From Mobula hypostoma (Eukaryota), in contig NC_086097.1 in assembly GCF_963921235.1 (NCBI RefSeq), positions 14,260,001 through 14,324,000 of the forward strand: a stretch of DNA of 64,000 nucleotides, written 5' to 3'. A program made the translations under genes and the position numbers. This document shows, one piece after another, positions 1-11,750 of this stretch; the stretch's first letter is position 1; every line of letters begins with the position of its first letter. The notes below the pieces were generated by a model. The model searched no databases. It was not told the origin of the DNA and saw nothing but the letters and a program-made list of their open reading frames with translations.

Positions 1-489
1 TGTGCAAAAGACAAATGTGCAAATAGAAAAAGGGAAAAAGTCATAATAATAATAATAATAATAATTACTGGTATAAAAATTAAATTGCTTTTATCCATAC
101 CTATTACTGCATATCTAAAATTTTCTTAAAAATCCTGAAAAAGTGCCTGAATTTTTGACAGAAGGTAAAACATATCTCTTACCTAAAGGAGAAATTACAA
201 ATGACCCATCAAAATCTCATCCTATTACTTATTTACAAACTATATATAAAATATAGTTTACCTCACAACTCACATCATGTACCTCACAACTAATCACCAC
301 TCACTCAGACAACCACAGTATACTTACAGAAGAGCAGAAAGGATGCTGTAAGGGTATGAAAGGATGTAAAGAACGACTGATAATAGATTCTGTAATTCTA
401 AATCAAGCCCGGCGGAAAAGCAGAGATCTTTCATGTTGGTATATTGACTACCAAAAGACATTTGGCTGTCCCACACTCATGGTTAATTG

Positions 490-1330
490 AATTGAATTAA
501 ATTGAATTGACTTTATTTCTTACAACCTTCACATACATGAAGAGTAAAAATCTCTACATTATGTCTCCGTCTGAATGTGCAATTGCAATTTATAGTAATT
601 TGTAATAAATAGTATGCACAACAGGACAGTCAATATAGCGTAGAAATGCAAGTGTATCAATGTGAATTAATCAGTCTGATGGCCTGGTGGAAGAAGCTGT
701 CCTGGAGCCTGTTGGTCCTGGCTTTTATGCTGAGGTACCGTTTCCTGAATGGTAGCAGCTGGAACAGTTTGTGGTTGGGGTGACTCAGGTCCCTAATGAT
801 CCTTTTTATTCTCCTGTCATTGCAAATTTTCTGAATAGTGAGAAGTGCACATCCACAGATGCGCTGGGCTGTCCGCACCACTCTCTGCAGAGTTCTGCAA
901 TTGAGGGAAGTACAGTTACCATGCCAGGCAATGATACAGCCAGTCAGGATGCTCTCAATTGTGCCCCTGTAGAAAGTCCTTAGGATTTGGGGAGCCATAC
1001 CAAACTTCTTCAAACATTTGAGGTGAAAGAAGCACTGTTGTGCTTTTCTCACCACACAACTGGTACGTACAGACCAGATGAGATCCTTGGTGATGTGTAT
1101 GCCAAGGAACTTAAAGCTGTTCACCCTCTCAACCGCAGATCCATTGATGTCAATAGGGGTTAGCCCGTCTTCATTTGATCTGTAGTCCACACCCAACTCC
1201 TTTGTTTTTGCAATATTGAGGGAGAGGTTGTTTTCTTGACACCACTGTGTCAGGGTGATGAATTCTTCTTTGTAACTGCCTCATTACTATTTGAAATAAG
1301 GCCAATCAATGTAGTATCATCAGCAATTTA
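490..1330 (-). mobile_element. Rex1/Babar-type LINE 3' fragment nested in the R4 relic
   Basis: ORF 657..1196 (VERVNSFKFLGIHI..KAQQCFFHLKCLKKFG..FYRGTIESILT..LQRVVRTAQRI..SFFHQAIRLIN); (AATTG)n tail at ~485-510; host frame HSWLIE|ILHIYK resumes after it. Confidence 0.88.
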
Positions 1331-2900
1331 ATTCTTCATATATATAAGTTCTTAATATATGTAAACAACACCCAATACTTGTGAAATTCTTGCAACATCT
1401 GATAAAGCATTGGTGTACTGTAATCGCCCAATCTATTAACAACCAAAAAAGAACAACCACTGTTATCAAAATAAACTGAGGCACTTTCTACTATGGTTTT
1501 GTCTAGCTCTAAACCCACTCTCTAATTTACTGAATCAGACAAAAAGTGGGTATCAAATCAGAAAAAATGAAATGAGCTATACCTTAACACACCTTTTATA
1601 CATGGATGATTTAAAATTATATGCTCCTTCATCAGTTAACGTAAAGAAATAATTCAGATAGTAGATCTATTTTCGAAATATGTGAACATGAACTTTGGAC
1701 TGGATAAATGCAGGACATAAAACATAAAGAAAGGTGCAACAGAGCTAATAGAATACAAAACAGAGCAGCAGGATTCAATACAACCGATGGATGAAGGTAA
1801 GTATCTGGGATATCAACAAGGGAAAAAATAGATCTTAGCATGATAAAGAAAGCACTTTTGACAGAATTTACTTCAAGGCTTAAGAAAATCTGCCAAACAG
1901 ATTTCAATGTAAAATATAACAAAGACAGCAACACTTTCGCTATACCTATATTAATGTGTTCTTTTGGCATAATATCTTGGTCTGAAAGCGATCTGGAAAA
2001 TTTATAAAGAAAAGTAAGAACTTAAATGACAAATTTCAGAGAACATTATGTACATTCGGATGCGCTTAGATTAACACTACTTAGTGCAGAAGAGGGAAGA
2101 GACGTTAAAAATCTACACAACAGGAAGATAAAGCTTCTGAGGATATACTTTCATCAACAAAAACAGGAATCAGTATTTCACACAAGCAAATGAGAAATAT
2201 GCACCACTAAACTTAAATAAGACCACAACCCAGAAAAATGAAGACATTGTCACTACTGAAGAAAAAGTTAACCGGTGGAAGAGCTTGACCCTCCATGGAA
2301 GACATCCCCATGATCCGAGCAGACTAGATGTCAACAAGGAAGTTGGAGACCTCTTCCCAGGAACAGAAGAGTTCCTTGTGGCAATGCAGGACTAGGTGGT
2401 TAACACAAAAAATATCAAAAATACATAATAAAAGACCAACAAATTCAGAATGTTAACTGTAGAAAATGCCAAGAAAAACCAGAAACAATCCAATGCATTA
2501 CTGATTACGGGTAGCAGTTTAACACAATCTGAATACTTACAATCAAGTGGCAAACATCATTCATCAAAAACTTGCTTTCAAATACAAACTCAAATGAGAT
2601 CACACCTTACTATAAATACAAGCCTGATCCAGTTTTAGAATCAGAGTACCAGAAATTATATTATGACTGATCAGTTATTACAGATAGGACAATCCATAAT
2701 AACTGTCTGGATATTTTAATACAGGATAAACAAACAGGAACAACTTATTTAATAGATACAGCCATTTCAAAACATGCATAACTTACAGAAATCATTAAGT
2801 GAAAAACAGCAGAAATATGCTGAATTAAAAGAGGAAATTGGAAGACTTTGTAACATGAAGAGGATATACATTGTTCCAATAGTAATATTTAATAGTAATA

Positions 2901-3643
2901 GAAAGACTAAGGAGCTGGTGGTAGACCTGAGGAGAGCTAAGGTACCGGTGACCCCTGTTTCCACCCAGGGGGTCAGAGCGGACATGGTGGAGGATTACAA
3001 ATACCCGGGATACGAATTGACAATAAACTGGACTGGTCAAAGAACACTGAGGCTGTCTACAAGAAGGGTCAGAGCTGTCTCTATTTCCTGAGGAGACTGA
3101 GGTCCTTTAACATCTGCCGGACGATGCTGAGGATGTTCTACGAGTCTGTGGTGGCCAGTGCTGTCATGTTTGCTGTTGTGTGCTGGGGCAGCAGGCCGAG
3201 GGTGGCAGACACCAAGAGAATCAGCAAACTCATTCGTAAGGCCAGTGATGTTGTGGGGATGGAACTGACTCTCTGATGGTGGTGTCTGAAAAGAGGATGC
3301 TGTTCAAGTTGCATGCCATCTTGGACAATGTCTCCCATCCACTACATAATGTACAGGGTGGGCACAGGAGTACATTCAACCAGAGACTCATTCCACCAAG
3401 ATGCAACACAGAGCGTCATAGGAAGTCATTCCTGCCTGTGGCCATCAAACTTTACAACTCCTGCCTTGGAGGGTTAGACACCCTGAGCCAATAGGCTGGT
3501 CCTGGACTTATTTCCTGGCATAATTTATATATTACTATTTAACTATTTATGGTTTTATTACTATTTATTACTTATGGTGCAACTGTAACGAAAACCAATT
3601 TCCCCCGGGATCAATAAAGTATTACTATGACTATGACAATGAC
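2901..3643 (+). mobile_element. Rex1/Babar-type LINE 3' fragment nested in the R4 endonuclease domain
   Basis: KTKELVVDLRR..VEDYKY and RHRKSFLPVAIKLYN motifs, AATAAA, (CTATGA)n tail; closely similar to the copy at 35005-35960. Confidence 0.88.
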
Positions 3644-3840
3644 TAATACTGGCATCATCCCAAAGTCACTACACAACAGCATTAAACAAACAGGGCTACA
3701 CAGTAATATCTATGTAAATCTTCAGAAAGCCACAATGCTAAGCACCACTAGAATAGTCCAAAAGTTCCTATCAATTGACAAATGATCGTGCTTGGCTATA
3801 CCCGTACCTTAGGTTTTACCAGCTTGAATTGAGAAAAAAA

Positions 3841-4700
3841 ATAAATACGTAAGCAATAAAAATCAAGAACACGAATTGTAGAGTCCAAAAAAGCGAATCC
3901 ATAGGTTATGGGATTCTTTCAGTGTTTGGATGAGTGAAGTTCAGTGAAGTTATCCCCTCTGGTTCAAGAGCCTGATGGTTGAGGGGTAATAACTATTCCT
4001 GAACCTACTCGTATGGGACTTGAATCTCCTGATGACAGCTGCAAGAGGAAAGCATAGTATGGATGGTGGGAATCCTTCGTGATGGATGCTGCTTTCTTGC
4101 GAAGGTGCTCCTTGTACATACGCTCAGTGGTGGGGAAGGCTTTACCCTTGATGGACTGGACTGTATTCAGTATTTTAGTGGGCTTTTCTGTTCAACAGCA
4201 TTGATATTTTTATACCAGGTTGTGATGCAACCAGTCAATATACTCTCTACCACATATCCATAGAAGTTTATCAAAGTTTTATATAATATTTTAGAAAAAT
4301 TCTAAGAAAATAGAGGTACTGTTCTGCCTTCTTTGCAATGGCAATTATGTGCTGGACCCGGAACAGATCCTCTGAAAAGATAATGCTGAGGCCTCTTCAC
4401 CTCTGATCCCCTGATGAGGACTGGCTCATAGACCTCCAGTTTCCTCTTCCTGTAGTCCATAATCAGCTCTTTGGTTTTGCTGACACTGAGTGAGATTTCA
4501 ATCTCCCAGGAGGAATCTAGGAATATGCTGATTTGTCGCTACCTTTGATTCAGCCAATAGCAATGATCTCGTCAACAATCTTAAATATGGCATGGAGGCT
4601 GTACTTAGCCTGATACAGTAGTCTTAAGTATAAAGTGAGTAGAGCAAGGGACTAAGCACACAGCCTTGTGGTGCATGTGTATTGATGGTGATTGCAGAAG
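3841..4700 (-). mobile_element. Old Rex1/Babar-type LINE (host of the R4 relic; its 3' UTR continues at 1..66)
   Basis: Degenerate LINE sequence (TCAAGAGCCTGATGGTTGAGGGGTAATAACT etc.). Flanks 1-66 plus 3838-3910 rejoin into the same 3' UTR seen uninterrupted at ~57620-57745. Confidence 0.75.
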
Positions 4701-4964
4701 AGGTGTGCCATTATGCTGAGTGTTAATCTCACTGCTTGTAGCACTGTCATATCAACTTGAGTGCAATCAATACTCATGTAACATGCCCATGTAAGCTGTC
4801 TGCACAAAAGTTCACAGTCCAAAGTAAACTTATTATTAAAGTATGTACTGTATACGTCACCACATACAACTCTGAGATTTATTTTCTTGCAGGCATTTCC
4901 AGTAGAACAACAAAATACAATAGAATCTATGAAAAACTATACACAAAGACTGACAAAGACCCCA

Positions 4965-5545
4965 TCTTACAGGAGCACCATTGACAGCATCCTGACAAGT
5001 TACATCTCCATCTGGTATGGGAACAGTTGAGCGTCAGACCAGGAGTCTCTACAAAGGACTGTGAGAACAGCTGAGAGGATCATAGGCTTCCATCCATCGG
5101 GGACATTTATCAGGAGCGCTGCGTACGCAGGGCCCTTAGTTTATTAAGGATCTCACTCATCCATCCAGCATCCTCTTTGACTTCCTACCATCAGGCAGGA
5201 GACTACAATGCATAAAAACAAGACTGGTCAGGATGAGAAACAGTCTTTTCCCCCAGACCGTTAGGCTTCTGAACTTGCTGCTGCATCATATTCAAAGTGT
5301 CACTGGATAATCTGTTCTGTACCTTACAATATGTAATATTACTTTAGTTTTTTATTTATGTGATTTAGCTGTAGATTTTATCCTTACATTCATAAGTTAT
5401 CATGTGTTATGTGTCTTATGTGCACTACTGTGCTTTACACCCTGGGTCGGAGAAACTTTGTCTCATTTCTATATACATTATATGGTTAGATATGTTATGT
5501 ACATGTATATCGCTAAATGGCAGTAAACTTGACTTAACTTGACAA
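4965..5545 (+). mobile_element. Rex1/Babar-type LINE 3' fragment
   Basis: Degenerate YRSTIDSILT..WYGN..LQRTVRTAERII coding sequence; (ACTTG)n-like tail at ~5527-5543. Confidence 0.75.
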
Positions 5546-5620
5546 TCAATGTGCAAAGGAAGACTACCTGTGCGAAGACAAATAAATAAATATATAGATA
5601 TACACATAAATATATAAATA

Positions 5621-5931
5621 GGCACATGGCCAAGTGGATAAGGCATTGGACTAGCAACTTGAAGATCGTGAGTTCGAGCCCCAGCCAAGGCAACGTGTGT
5701 TGTGTTTTTGAGCAAGGCACTTAATCACACACATTGCTCTGCAACGACACTGGTGCCAAGCTGTATGGGTCCTAATGCCCTTCCCTTGGACAACATTGGT
5801 GTCGTGGAGAGGGGAGACTTGCAGAGTGGGCAACTGCTGGTCTTCCATACAACCTTGCCCAGGCCTGCACCCTGGAGAGTGAAGACTTTCTAGGCGCAGA
5901 TCCATGGTCTCGCAAGACTAACGGATGCCTT
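5621..5931 (+). mobile_element. tRNA-derived SINE with RTE-related body/tail
   Basis: A box TGGCCAAGTGG and B box GTTCGAGCC; flanking direct repeat TATATAAATA (5611-5620 / 5932-5941); 3' half similar to 9630-9830 on the minus strand. Confidence 0.85.
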
Positions 5932-6594
5932 TATATAAATAAATACAGAGAACGCAAGTTATAAAGTCCTTGAAAGTGAATCCTTCCATTCAAGTTGAGG
6001 TGAGTGAAGTTATCCACACTGGTTCAGGAGCTTGATAGGTGAAGGGTATTAACTGTTCCTGAACCTGCTGGTGTTGAACCATCCGAATCTGCGCAAGCTT
6101 CTTTGACAGCTTGGACAGCTAAGTAGAGGCGCTATCGAATCCTGAGCGAAAAACACTAAATAGATGCATTAGACCTTGCCACTTTTGGAATTACAGAACA
6201 TTGAACTCTTTGGTTAAGATCAGCTCCTGTTGGAAATTGTTTTAGTTAAGTCCATTAAACTTGCAACTCTTGCTACTCATCACAGTGCACTGACATATAT
6301 TGTACAGAATACTTTCACGTTTAGGTTGCTAAAGCTGCTCCAATATCTTAGCTAAACACCATTGTCCAACTGAGTTGTCCCAGGCCATGTTCACTTTTTA
6401 GAATTTCAACATCAAGGCTCTTTGCAGGTAGTGAAAGCATTTTCTTCAGGAGTTCCACTGGTCCAGATTACGAAGCTAGCCATTGGGAAAGTCAATACTG
6501 GAAGAGTCTAGGACCAGAGGGCACAGACACAGAATAGAAGGATATCTCTTTACAACAGAGATGAGGAGCAATTTCTCAGAATCTACCACAAGCG

Positions 6595-7210
6595 GAACTT
6601 CCCTGTGGCCAAACATTTTAATTCTGATATGCAGGTCTATGGCCTCCTCTTGTGCCAAGCTGAGGTCACCCTTAGGGTGGAGGGGCAACACCTAATATTC
6701 CATTCAGGTAGCCTCTAACCTGATGGAATAAATTTCAATTTCTCCTTCCTGTTAAAAGGTACTCTATTCCCCACTCTGATCCTTCACTTCTTCTCAATTG
6801 CCGATCACTTCCCCTGGGTCCCCTTCTCCTACGCTTTCTCCTATGCTCCACTCTCCTCTCCTATCAGATTCCTTCTTCTCCATCCCTTTAACTTTCCTAC
6901 TCACTTACCTTCACCAGCTAGCCTCTGTCCACTCCACCAACTTTTTTTGTTCTGTCATCTTATTATTATTTTTTTTCTCTTATTGCATTGAACTGCTGCT
7001 GCTAAGTTAACAAATTTCACGTCACAAGCCGGTGATAATAAACCTGATTCTGATTCTTCTCCTTTCATTTACAATCCTGAAGGAGGGTCGCAGCCCAAAG
7101 AGTGACTGTATATTCATTTCCATAGATGCTGCCTGATCTGCTGAGAGCTTCCAGCATTTTGTGTGTGTTGCTTTGGATTTCCAGCATCTGCAGAGTTTCT
7201 CATGTTTATT
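6595..7210 (+). mobile_element. Penelope-like element 3' remnant with degenerate hammerhead
   Basis: Similar to the GIY-YIG C-terminus (PVAKHF..LGWRGN) and 3' region of the PLE at 53791-55866; decayed core CTGAAGGA..CAAA at ~7078-7100. Confidence 0.75.
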
Positions 7211-7641
7211 GTTAGAATGTTTGCCTCTCTCCTTCCAATGTGCAGACCCACCTTCACCTCATGAGATCCATAAGCAACAAAATAGTTTGTTACAAAATGA
7301 ATGTTAGCCAGGTCATGAGAAGATTGCCAAGAACAAATAAAAAGATAATTGCAGTAGACATCCTTATTTACAATATTTTGAATGACTAACCCACTTTCAA
7401 AGAGTAAATTGGCTATCTAATTGCACCACCTCTGTGAAGGCAGAAAGCTGACACAGTCTGGATTCCTGTTTCTGATGTTTTCTAGCTTAACTTCTGACAG
7501 GACTTCCCAATCACCAGCTATTTTTCAGAGTTAAAAATCAGCCCAGTATTAACAGAGTCATAGAATCATGAAGAGATACAGCATGAAATCAAGTCTTTCA
7601 ACCCATCGAGTACACACTAGTTCTCAATTATCCTTTTACGT

Positions 7642-7720
7642 CGGGGGTTCCCAACCTAGGATCCACGGACCCCTTGCTTGATGATAATGATCCATGGCAT
7701 AAAAAAGTCAGGAACACCTG
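7642..7720. mobile_element. ~80-bp hAT (Charlie-like) MITE
   Basis: Termini CGGGGGTTCC.. / ..GGAACACCTG; related copies at ~9491-9545 (partial) and 45072-45151. Confidence 0.6.
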
Positions 7721-8034
7721 ATTTACACCAATTTGTCGTACAACAAATACCCCAAAGTTCTTAAAACATTAAGTATGTGTCTCGGGCTCCTATAATGCCT
7801 CCCTTCTGGTAGAAATATGAAGAGGACATGTCCTTTACTCACAGACGCAGTCTGACCCGCTGACTATTTCCAGCATTTTCTGCTTTTCTTGATAAATTGA
7901 TGTATTGTTGACATATAGTGAAAAGCTTGTTTGGCATACGGATAATTTCATTACGCAGGTACATTGAGGTATAAAAGGAAACACAATAACAGAATGCAGA
8001 ATAAAGACAGGACATTCTGCAGATTTCTACACAT

Positions 8035-8517
8035 TCACCCACAAATTTCTACAGATGTACGGTGGAAAGCGTTCTAACTGGCTGCATCACTATCTGGAAT
8101 GCGCAGGATCAAAATAAGCTGCAGGCAGGGTCGGCTCCGTCTTGGGCACTAGCCTCCACAGTATCCAGGACATCTTCATAAAGGTGATGCCTCAAAACTG
8201 CGGCATCCATTATTAAGGACCCCCATCACCCAGGACATGCCCTCTTCTCATTGGTATCATCAGAGAGGAGGTACAGAAGCCTGAAGACACACACTCAACG
8301 ATTCAGAATCAGCTTCTTCCCCTCTGCCATCTGATTTTTGAATGGACGTTGAAACCATGAACATTACCTCACTACTTCGTTTTGCATTACTTATTAAACA
8401 TAACTATTATATATATATATATTTCTCTCTATTATCATGTATCGCAATGTACTGCTGCCACAAAGACGACAAATTTCATGACATGTGCCGGGGATATTAA
8501 AACTGATTCTGATTCTG
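8035..8517 (+). mobile_element. Rex1/Babar-type LINE 3' fragment
   Basis: FYRCTVESVLTGCIT..IIKDPHHPGHALFSL-like sequence; (ATTCTG)n tail. Confidence 0.75.
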
Positions 8518-8689
8518 GGATGCTGGAAATCCAGAGAAACACACACAAAACGCTGGAGGAACCTGACAGGTCAGGCAGCATCTATGGAAATGAACAGATA
8601 GTTAATGTTTTGGGCTGAGATGCTGCATCAGGATTCGAGTTCCTCTGGCATTTTGTGTGTGTTGCATGCAGAATAAAGTGTTGCAATTA

Positions 8690-9260
8690 CAGAGAAAGTG
8701 CAGCGCAGGTAGACAAACATGAATCCATCTTAATATCTGTTAGTCTTCGAGGTAGACACTGTCCATGAGGCTGGTGGCATGTGCTTTCAGGCTTTCGTAT
8801 CTCCTGCCCAGTGGGAGGGAGGAAATAATAGAAGATGGAGAGTTATTTTATTTTGCTGGAGGCTTTATCAAGGCAGTAAGAAGTGCATTCAGAACCCACG
8901 GATGGCAGACTGGTTGCCGTGATCTATTAAGCTGTGTCCTCAACTCTCCATAGTTTCTTCAGGTCTCAAGCATAGCAGTTGCCATACCAAGCAGTGATGC
9001 ATCCAGATTGGATGCTTTCCACGGTGCATCAGCGTAAATCAGTGAGAATCAAATGGGACATGCCAAATTTCTTTAGCCTCCTGTCAACTGAAGGTACTGG
9101 TGAGCTTTCTTGGAAGTGGCATCTACATAGTGAGACCAGGACAGGCTATTGGTGATGTTAACTCCTAGGAACTTGAAGTTCTCAACCCTCTCAACCGCAA
9201 CATCGATGATATGTGCACCACCCCACTTCCAGAGGCCAATGACCAGCTCTTTAGTTTTCC
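8690..9260 (-). mobile_element. Rex1/Babar-type LINE fragment
   Basis: Reverse-strand similarity to the RT C-terminal region of 657..1196 (RVENFKFLG, WYGNC). Confidence 0.65.
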
Positions 9261-9629
9261 TACTACGAGAATACCTTCAAATGCTGAAAATCCTAAGCAA
9301 CACAGACAAATAACTCGCCAGGCTAGGCAGTATCTACAGAATGGAAAAGAATAAAGAGTTGACATTTTGGGCTGAGACACTTCATCAGGACTGGAAAAAA
9401 AAGATGAGAGTCATCTTTTAGTTTTTATAAACTCCTCAATTTTTTTGCCACTGAGGAAAGGTCATTGTCATGACATCCTGCCACTAGCCCAGGGGTTCCA
9501 ACGTGGTGGCTGTGGACTCCTTGCTTAATGGTATTGGCCAATAGTGACTAGGTTCTCCACCTTCCTCCAGAATCAGAATCAGAGACACACTTATTAACAC
9601 TGGCATATGTTGTAAAATCAGGACGTATA

Positions 9630-10016
9630 TCATCGGCAGCCTTTAATCCCAGGGGATCATGGGTTTGCGCCTCTGGTGGACTGTGTCCTCTCCTGGGTGC
9701 AAGGTTGGGTGGGAAGATTTGAAGAACCAGCTGTGGCCCACACAGCAGGATCCCCCTCTCCACGTCACTGACATAGTCCAAGGGAAGGGGAAGCGCCGAT
9801 ACAGCCAAGTACCAGTGTCGTCGCAGAAGCTGCCAGAGTGAAGTTGTAAACAACATCAAACTGCCTTAGGGACCCGGCTCCAGATTTCTTCCTCAGGGTT
9901 TACTCCCAAAGCCTTTCCCTTGGGTGGGTATGGCTGCAAGGTAGCGGAGATTTAAAATCAGAGTCTTCCTTCTCCTAGGCGGGCTGCTGTCCAAGATTGA
10001 CAATCCCCACCTGCCC
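9630..10016 (-). mobile_element. Non-autonomous RTE-related element (RTE-type 5' UTR plus short tail)
   Basis: Minus strand starts GGGCAGGTGGGG..CTAGGAGAAGGAAGACTCTGA..GGAAAGGCTT..GGAGCCGG, an RTE-type leader; shares its 3' part with the SINE at 5621. Confidence 0.65.
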
Positions 10017-11369
10017 AAAAGTAAGTATATAAAAATTCAGAAATAGTAGTGAGTTAGTGTTCAAGGGTTCAATGTCCATGCAGGAATTGGATGGCAGAGG
10101 GGAAGAACCTGGTCCTGAATCATTGTGTATGTGCCTTCAGGCTTCTGCACAACCTACCTGGTAGTAACAATGAGAACAAGTACACCGAGTCATCAGTATC
10201 TGGGATTGTGCCCTCTACAGCGGTGTCATCTGATGGAGTTACAGCAGAATTTGGCCATGCAGATGTGAATGCACAGGGAATAGAGTAGGGGGCTGAATAT
10301 ACAGCCTTGCAAGGTAGAACCATTGAAGATACCAGTGCCACAGATATATTACTCCACCTGCATCTATTCCAGATCCACTGAAATCTGATTGACTCTGAAG
10401 TGAACTGGTGAAACTTTCTGAGGATAAAAATTGGCCTGACCACTAATGTTCACAATCCACAAATGAAAAGTAGCTTGTCGGCCATTGTGGGAAAAGCTTG
10501 CTATTAGGAGAGCATTAACATGTAGCCTAGCAGCTATACCATTTAACTTCTCATACTAAAACAACACACACACTGCACTTTGCATGCACTCTTCAATCAG
10601 CCATGTTAAATTTTCTTGTGTGGCAGTTCTCCTGAGGGAAGCCTTCAAAGAACTAGCCTTCAATTTAGGATTAATTTTTATTGTGTGTCAGAGTTAATGT
10701 GCCTATGAAGGACAAGGAGTGATCAATATTTTTCACCGAACCAGATTCTACCCACAGAGTCCTTCAATGTGAGTTTTCTAACTCCACTTAAATCTTATGA
10801 ACCACTTAAAAAATCCTATTGATCTTTAATTGTGGGTTTCTGATGCAGACTACTAATTCACTTGTGGAATGGACAGCTTTTCCTTAACCCTTAGTTTACC
10901 AAACTGATTCCAATGACTCACAAGCTGCTTAGCTGGTCTTCATATGGCTTAGCAGTTTAGAATTAAGGGAACTAATCCTTTGTGTTAGGCTAAACAATGA
11001 GATTTTCTATTTCAAATTTCCTTATGACAGGGAAGGAGACCGGTCTACCCATTAGGTAAATGCTGACCACCAGAGTAAACTCATAATCCCATGGATTCCA
11101 TTATATTTTTGCTACGAACTTTCTCACACATGTCCACGGTCACTTTCTCCTGTCCCAACAACCCCGCCACCCCACTAGATGCACCAATTTACACAGCAAA
11201 CTGCATGTCTTTGGGACATGAGAGTCATAGAGGAATAGAGCAAGGAAACAGCCCCTGCAAGCAGAAGCTCATGCAGTTGCAGAGAGACTATGCGAACTCA
11301 ACACAAACAGCGCTAGAGGCCAGAATCACACCTGGGGTGATGAAGAAGTGAAGCGGAAGCATGTAAAAA

Positions 11370-11750
11370 AATCCACCCCCCTCCTCTTCCTCTAGTCCCC
11401 ACTCTGACCTTTTACTCTTCTCACCTGCCCATTACCTCCCCCTAGGTCCCCTCCTCCTCCCCTTTCCCTCATGGTCCACTTTTCTCTCCTATTACATGCC
11501 TTCCTGTCCAGCCCTTTACCTCTCCCACCCACCTGCATTCACCTATCACCTTCCAGCTAGCCCCCTTCCTCTCCCCCTACCTTTTTATTTTGGCAGCTTC
11601 CCCCTTCTTTTCCAGTCCTGAGAAGGGTCCCGGTCCAAAATGTTGACTGTTTATTCATTCCATAGATGCTGCCTGACCTTCTGAGTTCCTTCAGCATTTT
11701 GTGTGTGTTGCCTTGGATTTCCTGCATCTGCAGAATTTCTTGTGTTTGTA
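11370..11750 (+). mobile_element. Penelope-like element 3' end / pseudo-LTR remnant
   Basis: Pyrimidine-rich tract, decayed hammerhead AGTCCTGA-GAAGGGTCCCGGTCCAAAATGTTGACT (~11614-11648), GATGCTGCCTGACC..CAGCATTTTGTGTG. Confidence 0.75.

Larger units (their letters stand above)
67..3840 (+). mobile_element. R4/Dong-clade non-LTR retrotransposon relic (RT + zinc knuckle + restriction-like endonuclease), 5'-truncated, interrupted by two LINE insertions
   Basis: Manual translation of + strand pieces gives PEFLTEGKTYLLPK..DPSKSHPIT, EEQKGCCKGMKGCKERLIID, YIDYQK..HSWL, LWFCLALNPLS, HLLYMDDLKLYA (YMDD 1599-1610), CRKC..PETI (~2455), EKQQKYAELKEE..IVPIVI (ORF 2774) and C-terminal LQKATMLSTTRIVQKFL* (~3785). 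Many frameshifts and stops. Confidence 0.9.

Noticed and set aside
5621..5692. tRNA gene
   Set aside because: A and B boxes are present, but the sequence continues into a SINE body flanked by TSDs, with no convincing acceptor stem.
9860..10016. HDV-like ribozyme in the minus-strand RTE leader
   Set aside because: P1 and the catalytic J4/2 cytosine could not be assigned in this copy (it reads GAGGAAGAAA); too decayed to claim.
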